Translations under genes and position numbers: made by a program
Notes under the pieces: model-generated
What the model saw: only the letters and a program-made list of their open reading frames with translations
Database searches by the model: none
What the model was told of the DNA's origin: nothing
In this document: piece after piece, positions 50,150 through 60,947 of the stretch
Position numbering within the stretch: position 1 is the first letter of the stretch
Layout: the number at the start of each line of letters is the position of its first letter
Source: Planctomycetota bacterium
GTDB taxonomy: Bacteria; Planctomycetota; PLA2; JAEUHO01
Assembly (NCBI GenBank): GCA_965222115.1
Contig: CBDCTJ010000003.1
Location: forward strand, 256,001 to 320,000
Length of the DNA stretch: 64,000 nucleotides
Reading direction: 5' to 3'

Positions 50150-51730
50150 TTACCACCAGCGCTGCGTGCCTTCATGCAGCGTGAAAATGCGCTCCAGACG
50201 TCGAGAGTCCTTCTTCACCAGCCAGTAAAGACCATCCGTAGCTAGCCCTTGCTCAAGTATTGAGTCGGACCCGGCCACGAACGTTCGCAAGTCATGCCAC
50301 GCGCCATCGCGCCACACCTTGAGTGTGTACGTCGTTCCGTCCTTCAGTGTGGACTTGGGGGTGACTTCGTGCGTATCGGGACTCACAAACTTGGGGTGGG
50401 TGCCCAGGAGATAGACGCTTCCTTTGCTCCCAACGCCGCCGAGCGTGGCGAGCGAACCGTTGCGGTGCACAATGAACGGCGGTGCGAAGGGCTTCAAGGA
50501 CTTGCCATCATACGTCGCGGGCAAGTAGCAGATATTGCGGCCCATCTTGGTAAACGTCACGTGCCCGTCCTTGATCTTGCCCCAGTGAATCGGCGTCCAC
50601 TTGCCCCCATTGAAAACGCAGATATAGGCGAACTGCCGCGCGATATGCTTGGCGTCGTCAACGGCGAGCGTCGCGTCAGTCGTAGGCGCGTACTGATCGG
50701 TGACGTCAATATAGGTCGGGCTTGCCATGAATCGCGATGGCGCCAGCGACTTGTCGCTGAGCTGAAAGATGAGATTATTGCGTTGAATTGCGAACGTCTT
50801 GCGATACACCTTGGCCGCGTGCGCATTGCCCTTGGACGATCCCTTGCCTTCGCGATCGAGCAACACATTCCAGGCGTGGTTGTTGTCGCGATGGGCCCAT
50901 GCCGGCGTGTAATCGGCGGCCGTGGCAAGCGCAACCGCGCGAGACGCAAACGTGATCATATTGGTGATGTCCTCGCATCGCCCCTGCCCACTCTCAATCA
51001 TTTCCTCAAATCCTTGATCCGTAGGGTGTAGATAATAGCGCTTATTGAAGTGCACGCGTTTGTGAACGTCCGTGCCAACTCGATGCCACAGGCGACGGAT
51101 CTTAGACATGCCCGCTTCTTTCTTCGTGGGCGGCGTCTTCGTGAGTTGTTCTTCGAGCGACGCGTAGCGTTTCGCAAGCGAGGGCAACCAAGCATCCAAC
51201 GGCTCTTGGCTGCCGCGATACGGAAGGACAAAGTTACAGAATGTGTCAAAGTCCACGCGACGCGATGCGGGCGATGCGCGCCATGCTTGGAAGGCCGCTT
51301 CAATATGCGCGATCAAGTACGTTGCGGTGATCGTCTCGACATCCAGCACTTTTTTGGTGCGGTCAAATGACAGTTCACCGTGTTCTTTCTCGAGTGCATC
51401 GAGCGCATCAAGTGCTCTCTTGTAATTCTTGTAGGCAAGCGGATCGAAGGCGATCTCGTTCTTCGCCTTGTCGCGCAGCGTCGTAACGATGTAGCCGTGT
51501 CCGGGCATATTGGCAATCAAGAAGCGCGCGGCTTTAAACATCTCGTCGTCGCCCTTCGATTCGAAATGGGCAAGAACATTCTCGAGTTCTGTCCGGTTGC
51601 TGCCGGCCGCACTTAGCGCTTCCGCAATCCATATGTTCATTGGATCGGGCGTCTCTTTCGCAAGGACGTATGGCCCATCACTGAATACAACGAGCATCAA
51701 GGCGAATAGGGCGATCGAAATGCGAATCAT
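50150..51730 (-). CDS. Secreted transglutaminase-like domain protein
   Basis: AG.NR.ELE.VL.H, AA.FLIANMP.H, F.NFVLPYR, G.CED (Cys), HAWN (His), KVYR.TF. Confidence 0.8.
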   Translation of the reverse strand: MIRISIALFALMLVVFSDGPYVLAKETPDPMNIWIAEALSAAGSNRTELENVLAHFESKGDDEMFKAARFLIANMPGHGYIVTTLRDKAKNEIAFDPLAYKNYKRALDALDALEKEHGELSFDRTKKVLDVETITATYLIAHIEAAFQAWRASPASRRVDFDTFCNFVLPYRGSQEPLDAWLPSLAKRYASLEEQLTKTPPTKKEAGMSKIRRLWHRVGTDVHKRVHFNKRYYLHPTDQGFEEMIESGQGRCEDITNMITFASRAVALATAADYTPAWAHRDNNHAWNVLLDREGKGSSKGNAHAAKVYRKTFAIQRNNLIFQLSDKSLAPSRFMASPTYIDVTDQYAPTTDATLAVDDAKHIARQFAYICVFNGGKWTPIHWGKIKDGHVTFTKMGRNICYLPATYDGKSLKPFAPPFIVHRNGSLATLGGVGSKGSVYLLGTHPKFVSPDTHEVTPKSTLKDGTTYTLKVWRDGAWHDLRTFVAGSDSILEQGLATDGLYWLVKKDSRRLERIFTLHEGTQRWW

Positions 51731-51856
51731 GAGGTACTCCCAAACGAGGGGAGTGAATCGTACGTCGTGGCGCTCAAAGGGCAATGCCCTTGGGCCTCAA
51801 ACTCGTGTCCGAGAACCGAAGTGCTGCGTCCAGCGCAAACCGACGGAACGTGGCGG

Positions 51857-53275
51857 CTACGGATTCGACACCGCACATCGCACGGGGGCGCTCACAACGA
51901 GCACGAGAGACACCAGCACAAGCAAGAGCGTGGCGACCCACGTGTGCTCGTAGCGAATCCAATCCATTACGCTTGGGCGCGGGGCGCCAGGCATCGCGTT
52001 CAGATCGTGCAGCGCGACAGCCGCGACATACTTTCGATTCCCCGCCGACTGGGTGCCATGTATGAGGAACGAACGCACCGTATTGACGTCAATGGTCTCG
52101 GGAACGCCAAAGCGCTTCATGAGTTGTACGCCGTACCACGTTCCGCGAATACTCCCCCACTGATAGTCACCGCCACGTTCGTACTCGCGGAACCCTCCCG
52201 CGGCCGAGAAGCCGCCGGCCTGCATGGAATGCAGTGCCGTGAGCATCTCTGCGAAGTGTTCAGACCACGACTCAGGCACAAGTGGGCGCTCAAGAACATC
52301 GAGCAGCGAGACAAGCATCCACGCCTCCTCCAATGCCCCGTGCTCGGCTACGTCGATCATCTCCAACGAGTGACGTACACGAATCGCAAGATTGTCGCGA
52401 TCGTGATCATCCAACATGTTTGTCATTGTCAGGAGGTGAATGACCCACACATCCTGCGTGAGATATGATATGGAGCTCCCAGTAGATTCTGGGGATAGCA
52501 AACGGACGCGTTCATCGTCAAACTCACGGATACGATCGACGTCACCCGGTTGAAGGAGGCCTGACCACGACGCGCTCGTGAGTACGTGATCATTCTGTCG
52601 CCCGCGAATCTCCCGTTCGATCAATGCGCGTGGACGTCGCATATCCACATCGAAGTCGTGCGTGAGCAACGAATTGGCGACCAGCGCGAAGGCATGCCAC
52701 GACGCCGTGTCAAACCGCGCCTTGTCAAACGCCTCGACGTACCCGCGCGCGCTCTGTATATCCGCGGTTCTATATGCGCGTGATGCGTTTATCGCAAATA
52801 TCGGAAGAATGGCCAGGACCCACCAAACACTCTGTCGCTGCGCCTTTGGACGAATGATCCATCCAAGTAGCGCCATGACGCCACCCACGAGCAGGAACGC
52901 GAGATGGAGATGTTGATTCGGCCAGAGCCGGATCGATTCTGGGGTCCGATTCGGGGTGCCAACGATGAGGGAGATGAAAACGATGAAGCACGCGCTGAGA
53001 CCCAAGACATAGGATCGCGGGGCCAGTCCGCGCGCACTCAGCGACCGTACGATTCCAACGAGTGCAATGACCCCAGCGAGAACGATGCCGGTCAATACCC
53101 ACCGATCTCGAACGAAGTAGGCAGCTACGCCGATCAAATACAAAAGCGCATAAAGCCAGTGGTGCTCACGCCACCACGTCTGAATGCGCTCCGTATGGGA
53201 GACGTCCACCGTTTCGTTAAGGGAGCGCGGCTCGCTTGGGTTCGATGCCTCGGTACCTGGGTTGGGGGCATCCAT
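51857..53275 (-). CDS. Hypothetical membrane protein with a C-terminal helical (prenyltransferase-repeat-like) domain
   Basis: About 5 N-terminal TM segments, GGF...TWYGV.L motif, C-terminal TM. Confidence 0.6.
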   Translation of the reverse strand: MDAPNPGTEASNPSEPRSLNETVDVSHTERIQTWWREHHWLYALLYLIGVAAYFVRDRWVLTGIVLAGVIALVGIVRSLSARGLAPRSYVLGLSACFIVFISLIVGTPNRTPESIRLWPNQHLHLAFLLVGGVMALLGWIIRPKAQRQSVWWVLAILPIFAINASRAYRTADIQSARGYVEAFDKARFDTASWHAFALVANSLLTHDFDVDMRRPRALIEREIRGRQNDHVLTSASWSGLLQPGDVDRIREFDDERVRLLSPESTGSSISYLTQDVWVIHLLTMTNMLDDHDRDNLAIRVRHSLEMIDVAEHGALEEAWMLVSLLDVLERPLVPESWSEHFAEMLTALHSMQAGGFSAAGGFREYERGGDYQWGSIRGTWYGVQLMKRFGVPETIDVNTVRSFLIHGTQSAGNRKYVAAVALHDLNAMPGAPRPSVMDWIRYEHTWVATLLLVLVSLVLVVSAPVRCAVSNP

Positions 53276-53327
53276 GGCGAACACTGTACCACAGCAAGTA
53301 GTGGCACCTCCCGCGCGGCTCAACCCG

Positions 53328-54956
53328 TCACACGTCGAACCAGGTTCCGGATTCGGGCACATACTCCTCGACTATGTCGAGCGTGCCATCGGCGTCACTA
53401 TCACGCTCCATCCGTATTCGAAAACCATTGGCGTCGTAGAAATAGCGCGTTGTAGCATCGGGCACTCCATCCGCGTTTCCATCGAATGATCGAAGTGTCA
53501 CATCGCCGTTTGCGTTGTATTCGTAAACGGTTTCGCTATCGACAGTCCCGTCTGCGTCGTCGTCCGTCCATGTCGACTGAATCCAGCCGTTCGCATCATA
53601 TACGATTCCACTTGCTTGATCGATCGATCCGTCGTCAAATTCGTCGGTTGTGCTTCCGACATATCGCCCTAGAGCATCGAACTCATACCCCGTGAATTCG
53701 TCCCATATCCCGTCACCGTCGCTATCTGATCGGTATTGATGTATGCGACCCGCACTGTCGTATACATAGTGATCAACTTCGTCCCACGTCCCGTCGGCAC
53801 CGGAATCGTCGCGGTAATAGACTGGTCTTCCCTGAGCGTCGTATTCAATGGCCCAACGAGAGTCTATGGTGCCGTCCGGTTCATAATCGGTATCTTGTAG
53901 AATCAGCCGACCGGCGCCATCGTAAAGATACAGCACTCTCTGATCCCACACGCCATCTGCGCCACTGTCACGTTCGAACATCGTCTTCAACCCAATCGCA
54001 TTGCGTGAGCTGACTTCAAGATAGTCCAGCGATCCATCATCTCCTTCGTCTCGTGCGAATTCTAGTTCTCGCCCGTTTGAGTCGTACTGCCACCGCTCTC
54101 TTCGATCGATTCCATCCAGGTTGAAATCAGCTGTTAACTCGATTCGTTGATCGAGACTGTTGTACGTTTGGTGATACTGCACATCGATGACACCATCGCC
54201 ATCATTGTCGCGTCGGCTAAATGTGCGGCGGCCACTGCTATCGTACTGATACTCATCCGTTCGATCGACGGTGCCGTCGCCGTCCGCATCCCTCGTTGAA
54301 TTCGTCACGCGACAGAATGTCGTCTGAATGTTTAGGTCTTCGTACAGATGCTGAAGGGCGCGCTTCAGCGACACCACGCCCTTTCCAAGACCTCCCCAGA
54401 GTCCTTCGCTGACTCCATCCGCCAGAAGCGCGCGAAACTGAAGATCGTCTCGAAATTGGTAGTACGGGATGGACATGTCCAGCATCAAATTATTGTCAGA
54501 CGACGCAAACAGCGCTGGCACTTGGATACCGTTGTTTGGGTCGGCATCCTCGTCAATGGTGTGAAACAAGACCACTAGATTGATGAATTGATCATTTCTT
54601 CTAGCTTCACGCCAATCAGGATCGAGAAACGCCTTAGCCTGCGCCTTCGTGGTGGGCAACGTCGTCCCAGGCACTAGATCCACTGAGGTCAGCGCGGCGG
54701 CACCCGGCACTTGACTAAGCTGAGTATCGCCGAAGCGAAACGTAACCAGTTCGCCGGCTTCGTAGAGAAATCCCCCATCAACATCGGTGAGCCCTTGGTG
54801 CGACGGCGTTTCGTAGGGCAGTCCCGCTACGAGAGGAGCCGCTAGGACTCCCCGTAGCGTATCAGCGGTACCGCCGCCACCGCCCCCACCACCACAGGCA
54901 GGCAAGGCAGTCGCAGATAGAACCAGCAAAGTGGCGTGCAGCGCATATCGAGACAT
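53328..54956 (-). CDS. Lipoprotein with 12 YD/DxDxDG repeats (paralog 2)
   Basis: LPAC plus poly-Gly; same N-terminal domain as paralogs 1 and 3; 27-aa periodic repeats. Confidence 0.82.
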   Translation of the reverse strand: MSRYALHATLLVLSATALPACGGGGGGGGTADTLRGVLAAPLVAGLPYETPSHQGLTDVDGGFLYEAGELVTFRFGDTQLSQVPGAAALTSVDLVPGTTLPTTKAQAKAFLDPDWREARRNDQFINLVVLFHTIDEDADPNNGIQVPALFASSDNNLMLDMSIPYYQFRDDLQFRALLADGVSEGLWGGLGKGVVSLKRALQHLYEDLNIQTTFCRVTNSTRDADGDGTVDRTDEYQYDSSGRRTFSRRDNDGDGVIDVQYHQTYNSLDQRIELTADFNLDGIDRRERWQYDSNGRELEFARDEGDDGSLDYLEVSSRNAIGLKTMFERDSGADGVWDQRVLYLYDGAGRLILQDTDYEPDGTIDSRWAIEYDAQGRPVYYRDDSGADGTWDEVDHYVYDSAGRIHQYRSDSDGDGIWDEFTGYEFDALGRYVGSTTDEFDDGSIDQASGIVYDANGWIQSTWTDDDADGTVDSETVYEYNANGDVTLRSFDGNADGVPDATTRYFYDANGFRIRMERDSDADGTLDIVEEYVPESGTWFDV

Positions 54957-55146
54957 GACGGTACTCCTTCGACAGGTACGTACCGGGTAGACGGACGTGA
55001 GAGGAGAAATTGCCCCCAACCGCGTATCCGATACGGGACGACGCAGCGATTGAGAGAAGATGAGCACTCCACCTCTGACGCCAAAAATCTATTCGCTCAA
55101 TGCGCTTCCCCGTCACGCACCTGAACAAGCCGGATCGGCACGAGAA

Positions 55147-56775
55147 TCAACGGCGACGAACATCAAGCCACGTCCCGGGCTCGGGGCTGTACTCCTTGAC
55201 TACATCGAGCACGCCGTCTGCGCCGTTGTCTTGCTCGACGCGCATGCGAAGGCCCTGCGCATTGTAAATGTACGCGGTTGTATCATCGACAACACCATCC
55301 GCATTGTCATCTTCAGAAACCATCGCGACATCGCCTGCGGCGTTGTAATCCCAGAATGTAGTCCGGTCCGCGACTCCGTCGCCGTTATCGTCTGTGGAAC
55401 GCATTTGGATGGCTCCGCGTGCGTCATACGTATAGTGACTGGCGTAATCGATCGTGCCGTCATTGTCGTTGTCTCTACGGTAGGTAAGAAGCGTGCCGTC
55501 CTCATTGAACTCATTGTACGCAACCCGATCCCACGTGCCATTGCCATCATTGTCCGTGCGCTCCATGGTCATGCGGCCTGCGCCGTCGTAGGTGAACTCG
55601 CGGACATAGTCCCAGGTACCATCGCCATCTTGATCGTCGCGATTGAGTGTCACGCGCCCGTTGACGTCGTATTCAAAAGCACTGCGTTCGTCGATGGATC
55701 CGTTGGCTCCAATATCGCGCTCGATCTGCGTCTTGTTTCCTTTGACATCGTACGTATATGTATATCGATTGTCCCATACGCCATCGCCATCGCTATCCGT
55801 TTCGAACATGGTCATGAGTCCAACCGCATTGCGGTGAATCACCGTTTGGCTGTCAATCGTGCCGTCATCCCCGATGTCGTTCGTGTGCTTCAGTTCACGT
55901 CCATTCGGATCCATTATCCATGTCGATCGACGATCAATGCCATCAAGACCCGTGTCCATGGTCTCCTCGGTTAGCTGATCGTACGCGTTGTACGAATTTC
56001 CTTGGAGGCGATCAACGAGCCCATCGCCATCGTCGTCGTAATAGACGAACGCTGGCAGGCCCGAGGGACCAAACGTTGTCTGGCTCTCCGTGTCAATTGC
56101 GCCATCGGCGTCCCAATCGATGCTGACGACTGCATTGCGCCAAAAGGTTGTCTGCAAACCAGTATCTTCATAGTGGTGTTGTAGCGCCCTTCGCGCGGAA
56201 ACGACGTTTCGCCCGATTCCGCCCCACGCCCCTTCGGCGACAGCGTCAGCGAGAAAGCTCCGAAACGGTATGCCATCTGCGAACGTGCTGCGTGGGCTGG
56301 ATAGCGGCAGAGATGCAACCACCTTCTCCGTCGAGTATATCGCGGGAATCTGCACACCATTGGTCGCATCATTGTCTTCGTCGATGGTGTACAGCAACAC
56401 GAGCGTATTGACGTATCGATCGTCTCGCGCCTCTCTGCCCGGAGGATCAACGAAGCGCATCGCGTCTTCCATGCACGTAGGTAACACGGTGCCCGGCACG
56501 AGATTGACCAGGCTGAGCGATTCTGAACCAAGCGCCTCGCCAATGGCAGTATCACCCAGCGAGAACGACACCGTTTCGCCTGGCTCGTAAAGAAACACGC
56601 CATCGGAATCGGTGATACCGACGCGAGAGGGCGTCTTGTAGGTAAGGCCTTCGACGACGGGCGCGACAAGTGCACCCGATGTCGTAGATATGCCTCCGCC
56701 ACCACCTCCACCACATGCGGAGCACGTGGCGAGCATCGCGGCGATCGTCAAGAATTTCAGGCTTGGAATGTGCAT
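55147..56775 (-). CDS. Lipoprotein with 12 YD/DxDxDG repeats (paralog 3)
   Basis: CSAC plus poly-Gly; collinear with paralog 2. Confidence 0.82.
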   Translation of the reverse strand: MHIPSLKFLTIAAMLATCSACGGGGGGGISTTSGALVAPVVEGLTYKTPSRVGITDSDGVFLYEPGETVSFSLGDTAIGEALGSESLSLVNLVPGTVLPTCMEDAMRFVDPPGREARDDRYVNTLVLLYTIDEDNDATNGVQIPAIYSTEKVVASLPLSSPRSTFADGIPFRSFLADAVAEGAWGGIGRNVVSARRALQHHYEDTGLQTTFWRNAVVSIDWDADGAIDTESQTTFGPSGLPAFVYYDDDGDGLVDRLQGNSYNAYDQLTEETMDTGLDGIDRRSTWIMDPNGRELKHTNDIGDDGTIDSQTVIHRNAVGLMTMFETDSDGDGVWDNRYTYTYDVKGNKTQIERDIGANGSIDERSAFEYDVNGRVTLNRDDQDGDGTWDYVREFTYDGAGRMTMERTDNDGNGTWDRVAYNEFNEDGTLLTYRRDNDNDGTIDYASHYTYDARGAIQMRSTDDNGDGVADRTTFWDYNAAGDVAMVSEDDNADGVVDDTTAYIYNAQGLRMRVEQDNGADGVLDVVKEYSPEPGTWLDVRRR

Positions 56776-56898
56776 CGAAAACTTCCTCGTTCAAGTGATC
56801 AAGGGGTAGACGCACGGGTCGTCGAGGGTTGCCCTACAATTTTTTTTCTCCAATGCCCATTGAACGTTGCCGGATGCACACGCGATCGGATTCAGCTA

Positions 56899-57750
56899 CT
56901 ACCGGTCATCGCCCGAGCCCGAAGGCGGATGAAACTCGATCCCGAATTCCCATTGAACCGGAGGGCTCGTAGACCACTGTGCGCGACAGAGCCGGACGTG
57001 CTTCTCTACAGCGAGCGCGGCATTCAGTTGAGAGACCATCAGCGGACCGCCTCCATGTTCGTCGGTTCCAGGCAGCGCAATCGGCTTGCCGCTCGGGAGT
57101 ACACCGGGCTCGCCATCATGTCCGAGCGATATCAGAATCTTCCAACCCGCCTCCGCCTCGATGTCTTGCTTACTCGGCACAGCAACTTCAGGTGCGAATG
57201 GAATCACAAACGCGGCATGTACCTCGCGCGGATCTGAAAATGTTGAATCCGATGACGTGGACCACTTTTCGGCTCTGGATTCATCGACCCACAACGAAGT
57301 ACGTAACGTCTTTGGAGAACGCATCGACAACACAATCCACCAGTTCGAAGATCCGTCATGCGTCGCCTCGCGGATGCCATGAAGACCCCTTCGCAACGTG
57401 ACGCATGGCTCGAACACTGTCCCGGCTTTGACCTTGCGCGCAAGTGATGCGATCCGAACACCGTTGGCCCAACAAGTTAGATGAATGGTGCCACGTCGCT
57501 TCGCCTTCACCTCCCACGCCACGGATCGCGCCTGAACCATCTGAAACGCGGAATGCAATCCACTCGCCAGCTTCACGTGAAACGACGCCTTCGAAATGCT
57601 TTCACCCGGATGAGCTGGCGATAGGTACACCCTGCCAGCTTCAGTACCCTCGTTATCATTGGAGCAACTTGCGAAGACGAAAAAGGCGAGCGTGGCAACG
57701 AAGACGGCGCGGACAATCCATGGGCTCTGTACCAAGCAGGCGCTAACCAT
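56899..57750 (-). CDS. Hypothetical lipoprotein
   Basis: Hydrophobic signal ending FASC; no recognised domain. Confidence 0.5.
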   Translation of the reverse strand: MVSACLVQSPWIVRAVFVATLAFFVFASCSNDNEGTEAGRVYLSPAHPGESISKASFHVKLASGLHSAFQMVQARSVAWEVKAKRRGTIHLTCWANGVRIASLARKVKAGTVFEPCVTLRRGLHGIREATHDGSSNWWIVLSMRSPKTLRTSLWVDESRAEKWSTSSDSTFSDPREVHAAFVIPFAPEVAVPSKQDIEAEAGWKILISLGHDGEPGVLPSGKPIALPGTDEHGGGPLMVSQLNAALAVEKHVRLCRAQWSTSPPVQWEFGIEFHPPSGSGDDR

Positions 57751-57950
57751 TGTTGATCTTTCCGTCACCACTTTGTCCAAGGCTACTTATGCGCTTGAAT
57801 TATCCTAACAGCTTGTCTTCGAACTCTCCTGTCGGTCTAGTTCGTGGCCTGGAGTAAAGCGCACCTTCGAGACGTCACGTCCGACTTGGGCCAATGAGGT
57901 AATTGAATCGCTCTAGATTTAGAGACTTTGGGCAATGACGCGCCACTAAA

Positions 57951-58256
57951 TCGGCCCTTCGATGCGCACCTCGCGGATCAAAGATCCGCTTGCGCTTACT
58001 CAGGATCTCGTGTCCAAGAGCTATGCCCTTGGACTCTCGACACGCTCATTGAGAATGATCTCAGTGTCCTGATTGACGGCTTCTTGATTCGAAATGCTTC
58101 ATCGGTCAGGACCGACTACACCTATGAATGCGACACCAGTTTTTGTCACAATTCTGAGCTCGCGTGTCGGAGGATCAAATGCGAAGCAATTGATCCGGAG
58201 ACTCTGAGTAAGGACCTGCGGATCGAAGATCCGCAAGGGACGCATCGAAGGGCCGA
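57951..58256. repeat. Structured element bounded by about 59-bp imperfect inverted repeats (REPIN/MITE-like)
   Basis: TCGGCCCTTCGATGCG..GCGGATC-nnn-GATCCGC..CTTACTCAG at 57951-58009 and its reverse complement at 58198-58256. Confidence 0.75.
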
Positions 58257-58323
58257 ATCAATCCAAGCGAACGCGTTGCTCGAATGCCACACCTAGAGCG
58301 ATCCTGCGCGGATCAACTCCCCG

Positions 58324-60765
58324 CTACTTCTCCGGCATTCTCCACATCATGAGTTTCCCCCCGCCGGTGAGCACCGTTACTCGCTTACCGTCCGGCGACA
58401 CGCGCACGCCGTCGCCGCCTCCTTCAACGACATAGGCGAGCGCAACCGCGCCGGAACGCGCATCTACGATTCGAAGTATCGCTCCCTCTTCGGATCCTGC
58501 CGCCTTCTGAATGAGTCTTGGGAACTTTTCATGAGACAGAACCGCAAAGTATCGACCATCTGGACTCGGGGAAACGTGCCTTATCGACACATTATTCAAC
58601 GGAAGATGCAGCACCTCCTTGCACGTATCGCGCTCGAACACGCGCAAACCGGGTGCGGCGTACCAGAAGTGTTTCCCATCTGGCAAGAGACCTGCTTTGC
58701 GCGCGGAAACCCACCTCCTTTTATCGGGTCCCAACGCGCGGGTGGCACCCGTCTTCATGTTGATTCGTTGGCCGTCGATCAAGCGCTGGTTCTTGGCAAC
58801 ACCGTCGTAGCAATAAATGTGCAAACCATCTTCCTCAAACTCAGAGTCCATAGATCCTGAATCCTTGTAGGAAACGGCATTTGACGTTCTGCCATCGCGT
58901 GCATCGAGAGGAATGAACTTGCCATCCAGACACACCAACAGCTTCAAAGGATCATGCGTCCAAAGCAGCGTGCAATCGGAGAACTCCTTCTTGAGCGTGA
59001 AGGTGCTTCGCGTGGAGCCCGTCAGGGCATCAATCACTCTAGCCGGGCGTCCATGGGGCCAGCTTGAGTTCGCTCCAAATCGCTGCTCCACATGCGCTTC
59101 ATCTCTCAGGCAGAGAATCTGATTGCCAGACGCGTGAACTTGGTCTACCTCAAAGCCAACCGGAAGATCATGATTGCCAGTCGGTTCAAGTGAGTGTGCA
59201 TCCCACGTACACACGCGATTATCTCGACCAATCGTGCAGATCGCCGAACCACCATCGGAATAGAACATTGCCTTGACCGCTCCGCGATGTCCGGCAAGCA
59301 CGCCCACTTTCCGCTCAATGCCCTTTGGCTTCGCGAGCCCACGCACATAACCCGCTACGAGAGCCTCTTCGTCTTCAACTCCCAAATGATCGAGAGCAAA
59401 TTGCATCTCGCGACGCCAAGGTCCTTGAAGTTCATCGCGCGCCGACCGGATGTGCTCTACGTGGCGACGCGCGGACTCTTCGCTCATAGCTTCCAACAAC
59501 CAGATCAGCGCGCGGTTCACGTCAGTACGGTGCGACTCTGATGCGCGTGCCGAGGCATAGGCCGAGGGTGGCGCGGGCGCAGACGGCGATCGGATCTGAT
59601 CGACGTATTCGACTACCAACGTATTCAACGCATCGCTCGGCGCTTTGCGCTCTACGACGGTCAGCGCTCGGATCATCTTCTCGAGCAACTTGTGCCGACC
59701 ACGATCGCCGACTTCGTGGTCCATCATCAACGTACGGGTTCGTTTCAGGAGGGGCCCGCGTGCCTCTTCCGGTCGCCGCCCAAGACTGCTTACTGCCAGT
59801 TCATAGCCGCCCTCAAGCGTGGACTCCAGCATCTTCAGCGCGTCTTCCAGCGAGCCTTGAAAACAAATCTCTTGAATGCGTTCGCCACGCACACGTTGCT
59901 GCGCCCCTCCGCTCAGTTCGGTGTACGTCTCCTTTGACATGACGATCGGGTACGTCTCGCGCTTCTTAATAGATGCCCGGATGCGAGCGAGCATTCCGTG
60001 GCCAACGGACACATGCGATGCGTAGCACTTCGGTAATCGCCGACTATCAACAACAGGAGGATCGACGTGTGGTCCGTCCGTCCCGAATACATAGATGCGC
60101 TTCTTCGGTCGAAGGGGCAGCTTGGGTGCAAGCCATCGAGTTAGCGATGAGTTGTAGACGCGAATACGTTGCTTCTCAAACTCGTTGGAACCCAAGATTA
60201 CCTGATCAACTTCAACCGTACGAACGGAGCGCTTTGTAATGAACCGCTTTCGAATGTCGGAAGTTTCTGCGAGCGCGATTTCCCGACCAACGAGAATAAG
60301 TGATGCACCAAGTGCATGGAGTGCGGTGCGCGCTTCGCCGAGTGCCTTGGCTGACAGCATACTTGGTTGATTGGCGGGCACCGCTTCGACGAGAGCCCAG
60401 TGCAGATCACCCCGTGTTCGGGCCTCGAGGACCAAGATCTGTTCACCCGCTGGAATTCGATGGAGCGCGCCCGAACTGAAGCGCAGTACGTTCGATTCCG
60501 GATCGCCATAATACGACTCACGTATTCGTACGGTTCCAACATCATCGCTCTCCACGGTGACTATGCCGTGGATCAAGAGGTCCGTTTGCTTCGGCGCACC
60601 AATGGAACCACTGATCTTCGGGCTCCGAATCAGCGCGGGGCAGGACGTTCGTAGTGCGTCCTCCCTACGGTCTTCCTCTCCCGACACTTGACGAGTGCAT
60701 GGGGCCAGTACAAAGATTAAGGCAAGCGCCGCGAAGAGTAAGACCGAGCACCGTCGGCGCATCAT
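58324..60765 (-). CDS. Secreted protein with a C-terminal WD40 beta-propeller
   Basis: Signal peptide; LAGHRGAV...DNRVCTWD; SPDGRY and SPDGKR blades. Confidence 0.7.
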   Translation of the reverse strand: MMRRRCSVLLFAALALIFVLAPCTRQVSGEEDRREDALRTSCPALIRSPKISGSIGAPKQTDLLIHGIVTVESDDVGTVRIRESYYGDPESNVLRFSSGALHRIPAGEQILVLEARTRGDLHWALVEAVPANQPSMLSAKALGEARTALHALGASLILVGREIALAETSDIRKRFITKRSVRTVEVDQVILGSNEFEKQRIRVYNSSLTRWLAPKLPLRPKKRIYVFGTDGPHVDPPVVDSRRLPKCYASHVSVGHGMLARIRASIKKRETYPIVMSKETYTELSGGAQQRVRGERIQEICFQGSLEDALKMLESTLEGGYELAVSSLGRRPEEARGPLLKRTRTLMMDHEVGDRGRHKLLEKMIRALTVVERKAPSDALNTLVVEYVDQIRSPSAPAPPSAYASARASESHRTDVNRALIWLLEAMSEESARRHVEHIRSARDELQGPWRREMQFALDHLGVEDEEALVAGYVRGLAKPKGIERKVGVLAGHRGAVKAMFYSDGGSAICTIGRDNRVCTWDAHSLEPTGNHDLPVGFEVDQVHASGNQILCLRDEAHVEQRFGANSSWPHGRPARVIDALTGSTRSTFTLKKEFSDCTLLWTHDPLKLLVCLDGKFIPLDARDGRTSNAVSYKDSGSMDSEFEEDGLHIYCYDGVAKNQRLIDGQRINMKTGATRALGPDKRRWVSARKAGLLPDGKHFWYAAPGLRVFERDTCKEVLHLPLNNVSIRHVSPSPDGRYFAVLSHEKFPRLIQKAAGSEEGAILRIVDARSGAVALAYVVEGGGDGVRVSPDGKRVTVLTGGGKLMMWRMPEK

Positions 60766-60947
60766 CTGTCTCCAACCACCTCAAGACGAAACGCTCGCAA
60801 GCAGGATCGGTTCGGCTCGGATGAGACCATTGGCGGTAGAGCGTGGCAGCACACCCGTCTCGCCTGCATCTAGTCCCGGCCACTGCGATCTGGCGGATAG
60901 CCGAACAAATTCAGCTTTTATGCTTACCCCCTATGTATTCTAAACAC

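Noticed and set aside
46105-56775. Rhs polymorphic toxins
   Set aside because: No PxxxxDPxG core, no variable C-terminal toxin and no adjacent immunity genes; the C-termini are conserved instead.
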